DNA of 63,230 nt from a virus (IMGVR_UViG_3300016484_000766:1-63230), one strand, 5' to 3'. Shown: positions 19,501 through 28,663, counted from the stretch's first letter. Made by a program: numbers and translations. Notes: generated by a model not told the origin, from the sequence alone.

Positions 19501-19568
19501 CCAACGTGGTCACGCTACCGGTCACACCGCCGCACGATCCGGTGCTGGATTCGGCTGCAAGTCGTTGA
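16551..19568 (+). CDS. Primase-helicase (RepB/AEP-like primase plus DUF927-type helicase)
   Basis: LWVDLD, SGGGLHAY, LRIPGTHN; Cys cluster; degenerate Walker A GEGGAAKT, Walker B FIADE. Confidence 0.85.
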   Translation: MRAIDFYNSVLPPFGLRALAVFRKGLGSYPDHFFFEANDDLIASAESYDSLGKNVYHGCATFKTAENRKATNVLAVKSLWVDLDTGPGKPYASAKDAAVAVEQFRLALGLKAPHFVRSGGGLHAYFPFNKPVSPENWKRLAAAFGSCMDHFGIKHDTSRTEDLASVLRIPGTHNYKTDPARDVVLVRLGEEDSAAGVYAKFKQYAQDNGILLSEPVSPTVKVTNDLVGAPPEYPPSEYQRIEAGCAAIAEVATTGGDTTFDVWRRAIGIAKHTAEPREAAIRWTRNRADTGHSQYDWEGELDRWRTGPTTCAELDRHCDHCGSCPHNGKIKSPIQLGVTEIPVVKPVTPEPEQARSAPIPPKRPWEFGAKWIVDAVNSECKVGYNGRNMTMLAQGEDGLNKHVEFCNRYWQVMRRVKSPEGIWQIEIAYSMYNGRPHETFLMDSAAVTSPDLLKKAFSARELHIRGGTRAMSKAQEILMYEQAMLYEHELETPTYPAMGWARVGNSRNGDLTGEFVLGDTVFRPKEKPQTVLIEKGGDAHLSSAFGQKGTVDEWTALIDWIYNRPGAEPYQFVLAAMFAAPLVRLVPGDGAWHGIPIALMGEGGAAKTSTALVGMSIYAKPSALQFNAQGSKDGQGDTINAFAAKVGALNNLPFIADEMTGVEPERMSSIMYMLANGKPKDRAGIDGKLLDNRHRWDTLSIATGNESFHDKLRGLQNQNAQNATQLRCFQIELKVSDLQQVFFDVHKTDIEQKLLDEQYGAVGRAWIQFLVNNREKVQTLLGERRRVFQIDDNDTSSIRFYKDLLMTVETAAILAKRLGFIQWDLAPMMSWAKDQVRGLRATVLQQDWESVFSDFVASLHGRTIVTREMKVGPGRRANKNAEMPLEPLSSAAPPVARRAIASRLFFVTSNAMTDWCYKNRVNAPALVNEMIDRGFIVIPSGSKRVPRLINLGSGTTVTRPQALCWELSYDKVADFVQGDEADTSNVVTLPVTPPHDPVLDSAASR

Positions 19569-19730
19569 TATACAAGGAGTTCAGCGTTCGGCGATGTAGT
19601 GCGACATCGGCAGCGTTGGCCCCTAAGAAAGGCCCATCTCAGTGACCATTCCTCCTGTACAGGACCATAGTCTAGAGATCGCATTCGTCCTCATGAATCT
19701 ATACTCGGATGGCCACATAGACGGTCACAC
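19507..19730. other. attP-like region: paired arm-type repeats and an IHF site
   Basis: TGGTCAC(19507)/CGGTCAC(19519) and TGGCCAC(19710)/CGGTCAC(19722), both with 12 bp period; TATCAACGACTTG on the - strand at 19558-19570 matches IHF WATCAANNNNTTR. Confidence 0.65.
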
Positions 19731-19733
19731 ACC

Positions 19734-20309
19734 ATGCTCTCCGAGACCGGGATCAGGGCTCTACTACCAAGGGCCGTTCACTACTTTGTGGCGGTGGGCG
19801 GAGGTCTTTACATCCGTGTACGTCCGAGTGGGCGAAAATCCTTTGTTCTGCGCTCAAGGACAGGGGGCCGCGCTCGTTGGGTTACGCTGGGGGTTCATCC
19901 CGGGCTCTCCCTCGCCGCAGCCAAACGAGCCGCGCTTGATTCCACAACCGCCGGGCTCCCCGCCAAACTCACCGTAGGAGCCGTCAAGGGACAGGGTCCT
20001 TAGCGAAGATGAGCTAGTCAAGCTGCTGTACCACATCAGGCACGGAGAGTACGCAGCCAAAACAAAGCTGGTCCTTCTGCTGTTGTTACGCACCGATCAG
20101 CGGTCAGGAGAAGTGCGCGGCTTGTGCACTTCGGAAGTGGCGAGTTCCGTTTGGAAGATTCCTGCACAACGCACAAAGACTCGCGTAGCTTATTCTGTAG
20201 CCGTTACGCCGCTGAAAAGCGCGCGGCCTGGATCAAGTGGCAGCGCTATCTGCTGAGCCTCGGAAAAAAGAAGCCCCCGGCTTTTGGCGGCGGGGGCTCA
20301 AGTCGTTGA
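19734..20309 (+). pseudogene. int: Internally deleted, frameshifted P4-type tyrosine integrase
   Basis: Arm-binding domain (GGGLYIRVRPSGRKSF...TLG.HP.LSLAAA), then RDRVLSEDEL...LLRTDQRSGEV...WKIPAQRTK from 19987, then YAAEKRAAWIKW from 20205; core-binding domain and box II absent. Confidence 0.85.
20264..20298 (-). terminator. Intrinsic terminator of the late (- strand) arm
   Basis: AGCCCCCG...CGGGGGCT stem with an A-run on the left (U-tail on the - strand). Confidence 0.75.
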
Positions 20310-20374
20310 ACCGGCGGGAGATAGCGCCGGCTGGAGGACAACGACATGCACACAGGAGCTTACAGGTATGCATC

Positions 20375-23300
20375 TTACATGGATGCCAGACCTTTCACAA
20401 ACTTCTCGCTGTCGTTATTGAACTTCACGCCGCCGGCCATGTTGCGTTCATTCTTCGACACCGTCTCCGGAGCCTTCATCAACTCGCTCAGCGGCTGCCG
20501 CTGAAAGCCCAGGTTGACTCGGCGATCCTGGTACTCCATCCACTTACGACGGATGTCGCCAGTGGGCTCGCCGGCCCTCACAGCCTTGGCAAAGTCGCGG
20601 CGCAGATCAGCCCCTTGGTCCTTGACAGCCGCTTCAATGTCGTGAGCTGCGTTCTGGCGATAGATGCGCTCGACCTGGCGATCTGGCGTGAAGCCCAGAG
20701 CTTGCTGCGCAGCTTCCCAGAACGTGAACTCGTCGGGCGACAGCACCGTCTCTCCGCGGCCGTTGACCACGCCGTCAGCGTAGGTGCGCACAGACTTCTC
20801 GATGTTGGTGATGCCCTTCGGCAGCAGCATAGCGCCGCCGCGAACGAGGTCGCCGTTCTGCATGTACCCGAGCGCGTTGGCCGAGCGGAGCGCCAAGCCG
20901 CCGAACGGCCCGGACAGCAGCGCGAAGCCGGCTTCCGCCACGCTCTTGCGGTCGGTCAAGTCGACATCGACGAACGGCAGAATCGAGAACGTCTTGTCCC
21001 AGCCGACAAGGGCGCGGCCGTCCATGCCCAGAGCGCCGAGCCCGCCCTTGAGAATCAAGTCGGCGATGTCCTTGTCGCCGATCATGCGGCGGAGGACGTA
21101 CTCAGGCGGCTCATCGGCGTCGTCGCCGAACGCCTTCGCAAACATCCAGGTCAGAGCGGCAGGGATAGGCAACGCAAGCGTGCCGCCCAGCAGCATGGCT
21201 TGGCCCATCGTGTACGCCAAAGCCTTCCGAGCCACAGCGCGCTCCTCCTTCGACGCCCCAGAGAAGGAGTTCTTGAGCAGCTTGGCCATCAGCGATAGCT
21301 GGATCAGCTGGAACTTGCGGAACTGCAGCGCCACCTTGCCGAGGCTAGTGTTGAACGCTCGCGGCGCGTTCCACGCGCTGTAGTCGCCGTGGGTCTGCGA
21401 CAGCACGTCGCTGGCGTATGCCGTAGCCGCCGCCGTGTCCTTGGACTCCGCCATGCTGAGGCGGAACGCAGCGACCGCAGTGGTGAGGCGGTTAAGCGCT
21501 TCCATCTTCAGCTGGAGCCCGCGCAGGCCCTGGTCGACCTTGTTCCAAGCGTTGGCGAGCTTGGAGTCGCCGCCGGCGCGCGCATCGCCCAGCTCGGTAG
21601 CCATGCCGATGTCAATGCGGTTGTTGTTCAGCAGCTCGCGGAGCATCTTGCGCTCATCCTTGGACAGCGCCTTGTAGTCGTCGCCGAGCAGCTTGTCGAA
21701 GTCCAGCTGACTGAACACCTTGGCGTCCTTGAACGCCGCAGCGATGTCGCCGTACGCCTTCATCAGCGCGGAGGCCGCTTTGCCCATCTCGTAGCGAGCG
21801 CCCATGACCGGCAGGGACATGACCCACGGCTGCGTGGCGTTCTGGATGTAGTACGACGGGCTGGTAGCCAGGAACCACAGCGACGAGGCGCGCACCAGCT
21901 TGTTGGCCCACGGCGTCGGCTCGTAGTCGAACGTCTGCACGTGGCGCTTGATGATCTCGTTGAGCGCCCCGGATTGCTCCGTCTGCTTGGCCGGCGGACT
22001 GGCCCGCATCTCACGCCGCATGGCGTTGATGGCTTCCATCTGGGACTGCGCGAACGCGATGCCGCCGAGGAACGCCGCGTCAGCCTTGCCCTGGGTCTCT
22101 AGCGCCCGGATCATGTCGATGTCGCCGGAGATGTTGCGGCGGGCCATCTCGGACTTGCGTGCGCTGTCCTCCGCGAGCTGCATGAGGTACAGGTCGGTGA
22201 TCTTCTCGCGCAGCTTGGAAGTTACCTCGCGGTCTTCTTCCGGTGTCATGTCGAGGCGCGCGCGGAGCTTCATCAGGGCTTGCAGCGTCTTGCTGCCGCC
22301 GTACAGCTCGTCTCGCGCCGTCTCGCGCTCGCGGTACAGGGAGTGCGCGTACTTGCCGGTGGCCTCCAGCTTGGTGCGCTGCGCATCGGCTTCGCCGTCG
22401 GTCTCGGCGAAATCCACCCAGTAGTGATCGCCGTCGGACTCCAGCTCGCGCATAAGCGCGGTGTCGCCGTTCTGCTCCGCTTCGACGTACTCGGCGGACT
22501 TGGCGATCACGACGTAGTTGCCGAACCGCTTGAGCGGAGAGTACGGCTCACGGCCGCTGATGCGCAGGAGGCTGCCGAACTTCTTGAGCGCGGCCCCCTT
22601 CTCCTCCTTCAGTGCTTCGACCTTGGCGTCATCGCCGGCAACTTCGGCCGCACGGATCAGGACGTCGTACTCCGACGCCGTCGTGTCCAGCACGATGCGT
22701 TTCTTCTCCGCCAGGGTGTCGGCCCCGAGCTTGAAGACCTGGTCAACGAACTTCTGGCCGTCCGCGCCGAGAGCCTCGTACGCCTTCGCAGTCTCGGGGT
22801 CTACTTCGACGTCTTCGTCCAGCCACTCCGGCTGGTAACCCCACTTGCGCGAGGTCGTGCTGTCGTAGAGGTACTGGTTGACCGTGCCAGGGCCCTTGCC
22901 TTGCAGCTTGGCCGGGAGGTCACGGTACTTCTCCGTGACGCTGATGACGCAGCGCTCATGCTCGCCGACGTACGTAGCGCGCTGGGTAGCGAGATCCTTG
23001 TACGCCTTGGCCGAGCGAAGGCCGGCATCAGCGGCTCGCTTGAGCAGGTCCTCGGTGAAGATGACTTTGTTCAGCTGGCGGTTCAGGTTAGCCGCACCGC
23101 GGGCGACAGCGCGCGCCACCGGGCGGACGATAGCCGGCAGCTTCTGGACGGTCTGTTCGATCTTGCCGGCAGGCTGGGTCAAGTGTTCGCGCTCTAGGGC
23201 TTCGAGGGCTGCCGCGCGCGTCGAGTTGCCTTGGCTGCGAGCTACGCTGAAGTTAGGTCCCTGGCTATTGCGAGTTACAAAGGCGTCCCCGCCCTTCTCC

Positions 23301-26300
23301 ATGGACTTGGCGGCCTTGAGTGCTACTTTGTCGGCGTTTGCTGATCCGAGTCCTGCGTAGGATCGGGCAATGCGTCCACTGTCTCCGCTACGCGGCGAAC
23401 GTACCACGACGGCGGGCTGGGCAGAGATTGCCGAGTACCGCTTCGCAAAGGCGTCGCGGCGGGCTTTTGCTTCGCCAGGGGTGCGGATGGCGAGCGGTCG
23501 GGCTTGTTTGATGTCATTGGCAGCAGCCTCGATAAACTTGTAGGTAAGCGGAGCGTCAGCTTGCAGCTTCAGCCTACCGCGAGGGTGAGTGTAAAGAGCC
23601 ATCAGCTCGGCGAACAGTTCCGCAGATTGCTGCTCACCTTCGGTAAGCCCGAACTTCTCCGGAGCGAACGGGTACTCTAGGACTGTGCCCCAGAAATCGT
23701 CGTTGGCCACCAGCTCTGAGACTTCCTGCGCGACTTCCCCGGTCGGCTCCAGGTTCTCGTTGAACGCCATCGCGGGGTGCGCAGAGTAGACACCACCAGC
23801 AGAAACCAGGTCAGCCGCATGCGCGGTTTCGTGTCGAAGCGTCCACTGAGCTTCGGCGGCGCTTTTGATGTTCTTGCTCGGCTTGAGAGTGAGCGTATAG
23901 CGGTTGGTGCCCTCCACCCAGCCGTTGGCGTAATCGTCGCCGACGCCAGCAGTGCGCCACTCAGAGACCCAGTCGGCCATGTGGCCGAGGCCAGCCGCGC
24001 GAAGCTGCTTGAAGGCTTCGCCATAAACCTTGTCGGACTCGACGTCCGCGCGGCTGGTAGCCTGCGTCTGGCTACGCTCAAGGGTCTCGCCGCCGGTCTC
24101 GACGGCGCTGCGCTGGATCGTGCGCTTCTTCTTGGTCGTTACGGCTGGCGCGGCGGCTTGACGTCCAGCTTGGGCGCCAGACTCTTCTTCACCGGTGTAC
24201 GCGCTGCCGTAGTCGGCTTCGCTTCCGTCAGGATCTTGTCCATCAGGTCCAGAAAGCGCCGCATCGCCGGGCTGTTCTTCCCGCTCCGTAGAGGCTTGCT
24301 TGGCAGCTCCATCTTTGGTCCTTTCCTTAGCTTGCAGGGCGCGCTCAAGCGCTGCCTCGATGTCAGCCTTCGCCGCAGGGCCCAAGCGGGAGCGCCGCGC
24401 CACTTCCGCCATCAGCGACTTTATGACCCCCATATTTTCGGGGGTGACGTAGTCAGCAGCGTGGGCGGCAGCTTTGGCAAGCTCCTCGGTGGAGGCGTTC
24501 TCCAGGCCCTTCTTGCGGATGGCAGAGTACCACGGCTGGTCGTAAGCGAGGCCGCGCTTGGGCGCATCTACGTTCGACTGCGAGCCGTTGGCCGAGGAGA
24601 TCCGGCCGAAGCCCTGCTTCTCCGAGAAGTCCACGTCCTCGGATTCGTCGCTAGCGGCTTCATCAGACAGACGCGGGGAGCTGTCTTCGCGCGCGTCGTA
24701 GGTGTCGGGGTCGTCTGTTTGCTCAGTGGCCTGCGCGTCGCTGGCCAAGAACCGATTGCGCACTTCTTTAGTGATACCAAGGCGCTTCAGCTCTTTGCTG
24801 ACCGCGGCGTGCGAGTTAGCGCCGATGCCGGCTTCGTCGGCCGCGGCTTGCAGCGATCGCGGGTCTTGGCGGTTCCCTTGCGCGTCGACACCCAGCACAA
24901 GTCGAATGGCCTTGCGCAGGCGCGGGTCGGGGACCGCTGCATCCATAAGCTCGAAGTCAATCGAGCCCCCGACGACTGCGGTGGTTACTGCAGACGCTGC
25001 CCCGGGCTTGGCTCCAGAAGTGACAGGCTTAGCCGGTCCAGGATTGGCCGCCACTCCGCCGGCAGGCTGATTTGCTCCGACTGCTGGAGCAGAAACTCGT
25101 CCTGCAGCATCCACGCTTCCTTGAGCGTTAGCGCCCCCTGGGACACTGCTGTCTCCAGTTCGCTGTCCAGGTACATCAGAAACGCTGACATTTTGGGCGG
25201 CCGGCGCTGCGGCGATATCGTTACCGGTAAGCGCTTTGTACCACGTTGCGAGGTTGTCAGCGAGTTCCGCCTGCTCCGGGTTCTGCGTGGCCTTGGCCCA
25301 CTCGTCTCGAAGACGCGTGACGATGCCAGAGGCGTTACCGTCGCCCACCACACGGCCGACAATCTTGCGGCGCCCACCTTGCTGCAGGTACGCCGGAGCC
25401 TGCGCGCGAACGTTTTTGGCGTGCTCGACCGTGAGGTCGTTTGCCGGCATGTCGCCCGCTTGGCCAGCCGCCACGGCTGCGTACTGCCCGGCGTCCAGGC
25501 GCTGCTCGGTGCCAGTGCCACCGTCAATGGCGAAGTGCTCAGTAGGCGCGCCGAGCGCGGCCTCGACATCAGCCTGACGCGACGAAGTGTCGCCGGGGAA
25601 GCGGATGCCCAGGCTACGGTCAACGAAGTCGGGCGACAGCTGCGGGCCAACGGAAACGCGCTCGATGTCGCTGAGGCCGAGGCCGCCGCCAAACAGCTGC
25701 TCGTTCGAGCGGAACAGGTCCAGGGTCTGCTGACCGCCCGTGGCTTGCTCCGCCATGTGGCGCTGCACCAGAGGCTCGATGCTCTCCAGCTCGACCGACG
25801 CGTTGAGGCCGGCTTCCCAAAGCTGGGCGCGCTGCTTCATCAGCTGCGAGCGAACGGCGTCGGCTTCCGGCGTGTTCACGTTCTGCACGGCGTCCCACTG
25901 GATCTGCCACTGCTGCATGAAGTTCTCGACGCCGTTGAGCTGATCGGTCAGCTCGCCGTACCGCTGCACCAGCTGCTCTGGCGGAGTGATGTTGGGTTGC
26001 GGCATGACGCTGAACGGCCCGCCGATGTACCCGTTGTTGTCCACGCCGGCCAGCAGATCCTTAGGGAGGTGTTGGCTGCGGTCCGCCGCAATGCGGCGGA
26101 GTTCTTCCTGGTACTGCGCGAGGCGCGCGTCATCTTCCTGCTTCTGCTGCCATGCAGCGCTGCGGCGCCAGCCGCCCACGCCGGACATAGCGCCGCCCAG
26201 AACGGCGCCGCCGATGAAGCTCTCCTTGTAGCGGTCCAGCGCGTCGGGGCTGGTCATCGACGCAGACGGGTCAACCTGGGTACGGCCCCATTGGTTGATG

Positions 26301-27142
26301 ACTTCCTGACCGGTTTCGGCCGCGCCTTCCTTGGCCCCGGTAACTGCAGCCGTGTACCCGAGGCGAGCCGCTGCACCACGCCAGCCGGACACGCCGTCCA
26401 GGAACGCGCTGGGCGCGCGGAACGCTTGCATCTTGGCCGCAGCCATAGTGCCGGGCTCGAACGCATTGAGCGCCGCGTAAGGAACGCCGCCGATGAACGC
26501 CGAGGCGTCGTCGGTGACGCCGGCTTGCTCGCGTTGGTTGTTCAGGATGTCGCCGACCGCCGAAGGGTAGGACGCAGCGACAGCGCCGACGGTGGACGCA
26601 CGGCCAAGGCGAGCCGCTTGGACGGTCGCGGGCATACCAAGCTCACGCGCAGCAGACGCCGCAGCGCGGGTACCGGTCATCAGCCCACGTGCGGCCAGAC
26701 CGCCAACAGCGGCTTCGCCGAGGTACGGCAGAGACTGCGCGGCAAGCCCGCCAGCGTAGTTCGCAAAGTCACCTACGCTGTGGACGTCCTTCCACTGGTC
26801 CACTCCGCCCAGCTCGCGTGCGCGGGAGCCCGCGACATCTGCTTGGAACTGGTTCTGGCGACGGCCCTCGTCCATCCAGTCCGCAACGCCGCGCAGACCC
26901 AGACCGGACGCGACAGCGCGCCCCGTGTCATACAGGTTGGCTTGGTACTGGTCGACCGACGAAGACAGACGCTCTCGCGTCAGCGAGCCTTTGCCGGGGT
27001 CATACCCAAGAGTATTCGCAACCTGCACAGGGTCGATCTTGTGCACCCGCGAGTACATCGCCATGATGTCTTCGTCGGACGCATCAGCCCATTCGGCCCC
27101 CGCCCAGGTGCGGAGGTCCTTTAGGTTGCGAATTCCTGCCAT
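20375..27142 (-). CDS. Giant internal virion/ejection (polyvalent) protein with zincin and PLxRFG domains
   Basis: ~2255 aa; HETAH...ELFAE zincin motif; SPLKRFGNY; last gene of the virion arm; start MAGIRNLK coupled to the upstream stop. Confidence 0.8.
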   Translation of the reverse strand: MAGIRNLKDLRTWAGAEWADASDEDIMAMYSRVHKIDPVQVANTLGYDPGKGSLTRERLSSSVDQYQANLYDTGRAVASGLGLRGVADWMDEGRRQNQFQADVAGSRARELGGVDQWKDVHSVGDFANYAGGLAAQSLPYLGEAAVGGLAARGLMTGTRAAASAARELGMPATVQAARLGRASTVGAVAASYPSAVGDILNNQREQAGVTDDASAFIGGVPYAALNAFEPGTMAAAKMQAFRAPSAFLDGVSGWRGAAARLGYTAAVTGAKEGAAETGQEVINQWGRTQVDPSASMTSPDALDRYKESFIGGAVLGGAMSGVGGWRRSAAWQQKQEDDARLAQYQEELRRIAADRSQHLPKDLLAGVDNNGYIGGPFSVMPQPNITPPEQLVQRYGELTDQLNGVENFMQQWQIQWDAVQNVNTPEADAVRSQLMKQRAQLWEAGLNASVELESIEPLVQRHMAEQATGGQQTLDLFRSNEQLFGGGLGLSDIERVSVGPQLSPDFVDRSLGIRFPGDTSSRQADVEAALGAPTEHFAIDGGTGTEQRLDAGQYAAVAAGQAGDMPANDLTVEHAKNVRAQAPAYLQQGGRRKIVGRVVGDGNASGIVTRLRDEWAKATQNPEQAELADNLATWYKALTGNDIAAAPAAQNVSVSDVPGQRTGDSSVPGGANAQGSVDAAGRVSAPAVGANQPAGGVAANPGPAKPVTSGAKPGAASAVTTAVVGGSIDFELMDAAVPDPRLRKAIRLVLGVDAQGNRQDPRSLQAAADEAGIGANSHAAVSKELKRLGITKEVRNRFLASDAQATEQTDDPDTYDAREDSSPRLSDEAASDESEDVDFSEKQGFGRISSANGSQSNVDAPKRGLAYDQPWYSAIRKKGLENASTEELAKAAAHAADYVTPENMGVIKSLMAEVARRSRLGPAAKADIEAALERALQAKERTKDGAAKQASTEREEQPGDAALSGPDGQDPDGSEADYGSAYTGEEESGAQAGRQAAAPAVTTKKKRTIQRSAVETGGETLERSQTQATSRADVESDKVYGEAFKQLRAAGLGHMADWVSEWRTAGVGDDYANGWVEGTNRYTLTLKPSKNIKSAAEAQWTLRHETAHAADLVSAGGVYSAHPAMAFNENLEPTGEVAQEVSELVANDDFWGTVLEYPFAPEKFGLTEGEQQSAELFAELMALYTHPRGRLKLQADAPLTYKFIEAAANDIKQARPLAIRTPGEAKARRDAFAKRYSAISAQPAVVVRSPRSGDSGRIARSYAGLGSANADKVALKAAKSMEKGGDAFVTRNSQGPNFSVARSQGNSTRAAALEALEREHLTQPAGKIEQTVQKLPAIVRPVARAVARGAANLNRQLNKVIFTEDLLKRAADAGLRSAKAYKDLATQRATYVGEHERCVISVTEKYRDLPAKLQGKGPGTVNQYLYDSTTSRKWGYQPEWLDEDVEVDPETAKAYEALGADGQKFVDQVFKLGADTLAEKKRIVLDTTASEYDVLIRAAEVAGDDAKVEALKEEKGAALKKFGSLLRISGREPYSPLKRFGNYVVIAKSAEYVEAEQNGDTALMRELESDGDHYWVDFAETDGEADAQRTKLEATGKYAHSLYRERETARDELYGGSKTLQALMKLRARLDMTPEEDREVTSKLREKITDLYLMQLAEDSARKSEMARRNISGDIDMIRALETQGKADAAFLGGIAFAQSQMEAINAMRREMRASPPAKQTEQSGALNEIIKRHVQTFDYEPTPWANKLVRASSLWFLATSPSYYIQNATQPWVMSLPVMGARYEMGKAASALMKAYGDIAAAFKDAKVFSQLDFDKLLGDDYKALSKDERKMLRELLNNNRIDIGMATELGDARAGGDSKLANAWNKVDQGLRGLQLKMEALNRLTTAVAAFRLSMAESKDTAAATAYASDVLSQTHGDYSAWNAPRAFNTSLGKVALQFRKFQLIQLSLMAKLLKNSFSGASKEERAVARKALAYTMGQAMLLGGTLALPIPAALTWMFAKAFGDDADEPPEYVLRRMIGDKDIADLILKGGLGALGMDGRALVGWDKTFSILPFVDVDLTDRKSVAEAGFALLSGPFGGLALRSANALGYMQNGDLVRGGAMLLPKGITNIEKSVRTYADGVVNGRGETVLSPDEFTFWEAAQQALGFTPDRQVERIYRQNAAHDIEAAVKDQGADLRRDFAKAVRAGEPTGDIRRKWMEYQDRRVNLGFQRQPLSELMKAPETVSKNERNMAGGVKFNNDSEKFVKGLASM

Positions 27143-27143
27143 G

Positions 27144-28661
27144 TCAGCGTTGCGCGTTGTAGTTGGCACCAGGGAAGAACGGCGTAGTAGCCGCGCCGGG
27201 GGTAGGAGCCCCGATCAGGCCCCGTAGCCGAAGCATCTGCTCGTCAGGAGAGCCGTAGGCCGGACCGGACGGGCGCGACACCGGCGGCGCACCGCGCGGG
27301 GTACGCGGCTCAGGAGCGCCGTTCGCGGGGAGCCCGCCTTGGCCGCCGCCGAGCGCCGAGTTAAGCACCAGCTCGCGCGCAGCTGGGTACGCAGTCTCGG
27401 TGGTGTACAGCTCGGGCTTACCCTTCGAGTCGAGGCGCCCGGTCGGCTGCCCGACCATGTCCTTGGTCAGCTTCTCGATCTTCGTCGGGTCCATGTCGCG
27501 CACGCGCAGGCCGTCGCCCATTGGGACGACAACGGACTGAGGCTCGCCCGTCTTGCCGTAGCGGATGCCACGGTACTCGATGCCCGTGCTGCCGTCCGGA
27601 CGACGCACGAAGTAGGGCTCGACGCCTTCGACCTTCTGGCGCTCCTGCTCCATGCGCTGGCGCTGCAGGCCAACGGAAGCCATGTGCGCTTCGGAGTTGC
27701 GCAGCGCAGCGGTGGCCGTCATGCGGCCGTTGGTCACTTCCTCGATCTTGGCGCCGTTGTTGAACGCGTCTTGGTAGAGCTTGCGCAGCTTTTCGCTGCC
27801 CTGCACCATGATCTGGGTGGCACGTGCCGGGTCGTGCTGCATCATCTGCTGCGCGGCGAACAGCTGCCCCATCTCGGCGTCGGTGAGCTTGTGGACAGAG
27901 CCGTTGTCCGTGAGGATGATGCCAAAGCCTTCTTGTGGCGTTGGCTTACCGCCCTTGGTGCCCTTGCTGGCGCCCTTGCCTTGCACGGCGTCGGGGGTGC
28001 CGGCGGTGTACGAGCCGTACATCGGCAGCTTCTGGTCGTACGAGTTCTGCTTCGCCCAGGCGGCTTTCTGCTCCGGGGTCATCTGCTGCCACTGGGCCAT
28101 CGCGCCAGACATCAGCTCATCGCCCTTGGCGGCCTTTTCGCCGGCTAGTGCCTGGGTGAACCCCTGCATGTCGCCCTTGGCTAGTGCAAGCCCGCCGACC
28201 CCGCGCATGAGTTGCGCCTGAGTAGCCGGCTGGAACTTGACGTCGCCGCCGGCGGCCCCGTTGTACTGCGGTCCGCCTTCCAGGCCCATGCGCGCAGCTT
28301 CGCGCTGGTAGTCGCCGGCCAGCGCACCTACCGCCGCTTGCCCGGAGCCATAGCCTTGCACGTTGCCGGCGTGCGCAGCGCCCACGGTCGCGTCCGGTAG
28401 GCCGGTCTGGTTCGACCCAGGAGCCATCGCGCCGTTGGTGTACAGCTGCTGAAGGTCTCGCGTGGCTGCGTCGACGTTGCGGTTGTTGGTCAGAGTCCGA
28501 CGAAGCTCGTCGATCTGAAGGCCGCGCAGTTGCGCGAGCTGATCCGCCTCGGCCTTGCGCAGCGCAAAGTCGCGGTCGCGGTTGGCTTGGTCCTCCGTCG
28601 AACGCCAGGTTTGCTGGAACGCCGGGTTGAACGCCTTGCTGAACGAGCTACCGAAACCCAT
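27144..28661 (-). CDS. Probable ejection/DNA-transfer protein
   Basis: Gln/Ala/Gly-rich; lies between other ejection genes. Confidence 0.6.
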   Translation of the reverse strand: MGFGSSFSKAFNPAFQQTWRSTEDQANRDRDFALRKAEADQLAQLRGLQIDELRRTLTNNRNVDAATRDLQQLYTNGAMAPGSNQTGLPDATVGAAHAGNVQGYGSGQAAVGALAGDYQREAARMGLEGGPQYNGAAGGDVKFQPATQAQLMRGVGGLALAKGDMQGFTQALAGEKAAKGDELMSGAMAQWQQMTPEQKAAWAKQNSYDQKLPMYGSYTAGTPDAVQGKGASKGTKGGKPTPQEGFGIILTDNGSVHKLTDAEMGQLFAAQQMMQHDPARATQIMVQGSEKLRKLYQDAFNNGAKIEEVTNGRMTATAALRNSEAHMASVGLQRQRMEQERQKVEGVEPYFVRRPDGSTGIEYRGIRYGKTGEPQSVVVPMGDGLRVRDMDPTKIEKLTKDMVGQPTGRLDSKGKPELYTTETAYPAARELVLNSALGGGQGGLPANGAPEPRTPRGAPPVSRPSGPAYGSPDEQMLRLRGLIGAPTPGAATTPFFPGANYNAQR

Positions 28662-28663
28662 GA

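Noticed and set aside
19642-19668. tRNA-3'-end-like att core (...TTCCTCCTGTACAGGACCA)
   Set aside because: Spacing does not fit T-arm plus acceptor geometry, and there is no GTTCGA; the core cannot be assigned by eye.
23777-27124. 1115-aa + strand ORF, and similar long antisense ORFs at 624-1727, 3136-4359, 37285-38787, 44328-45965, 47890-49992 and 50331-51641
   Set aside because: These are antisense shadows of strongly GC3-biased real genes, with no motifs or RBS and a composition typical of reverse frames.
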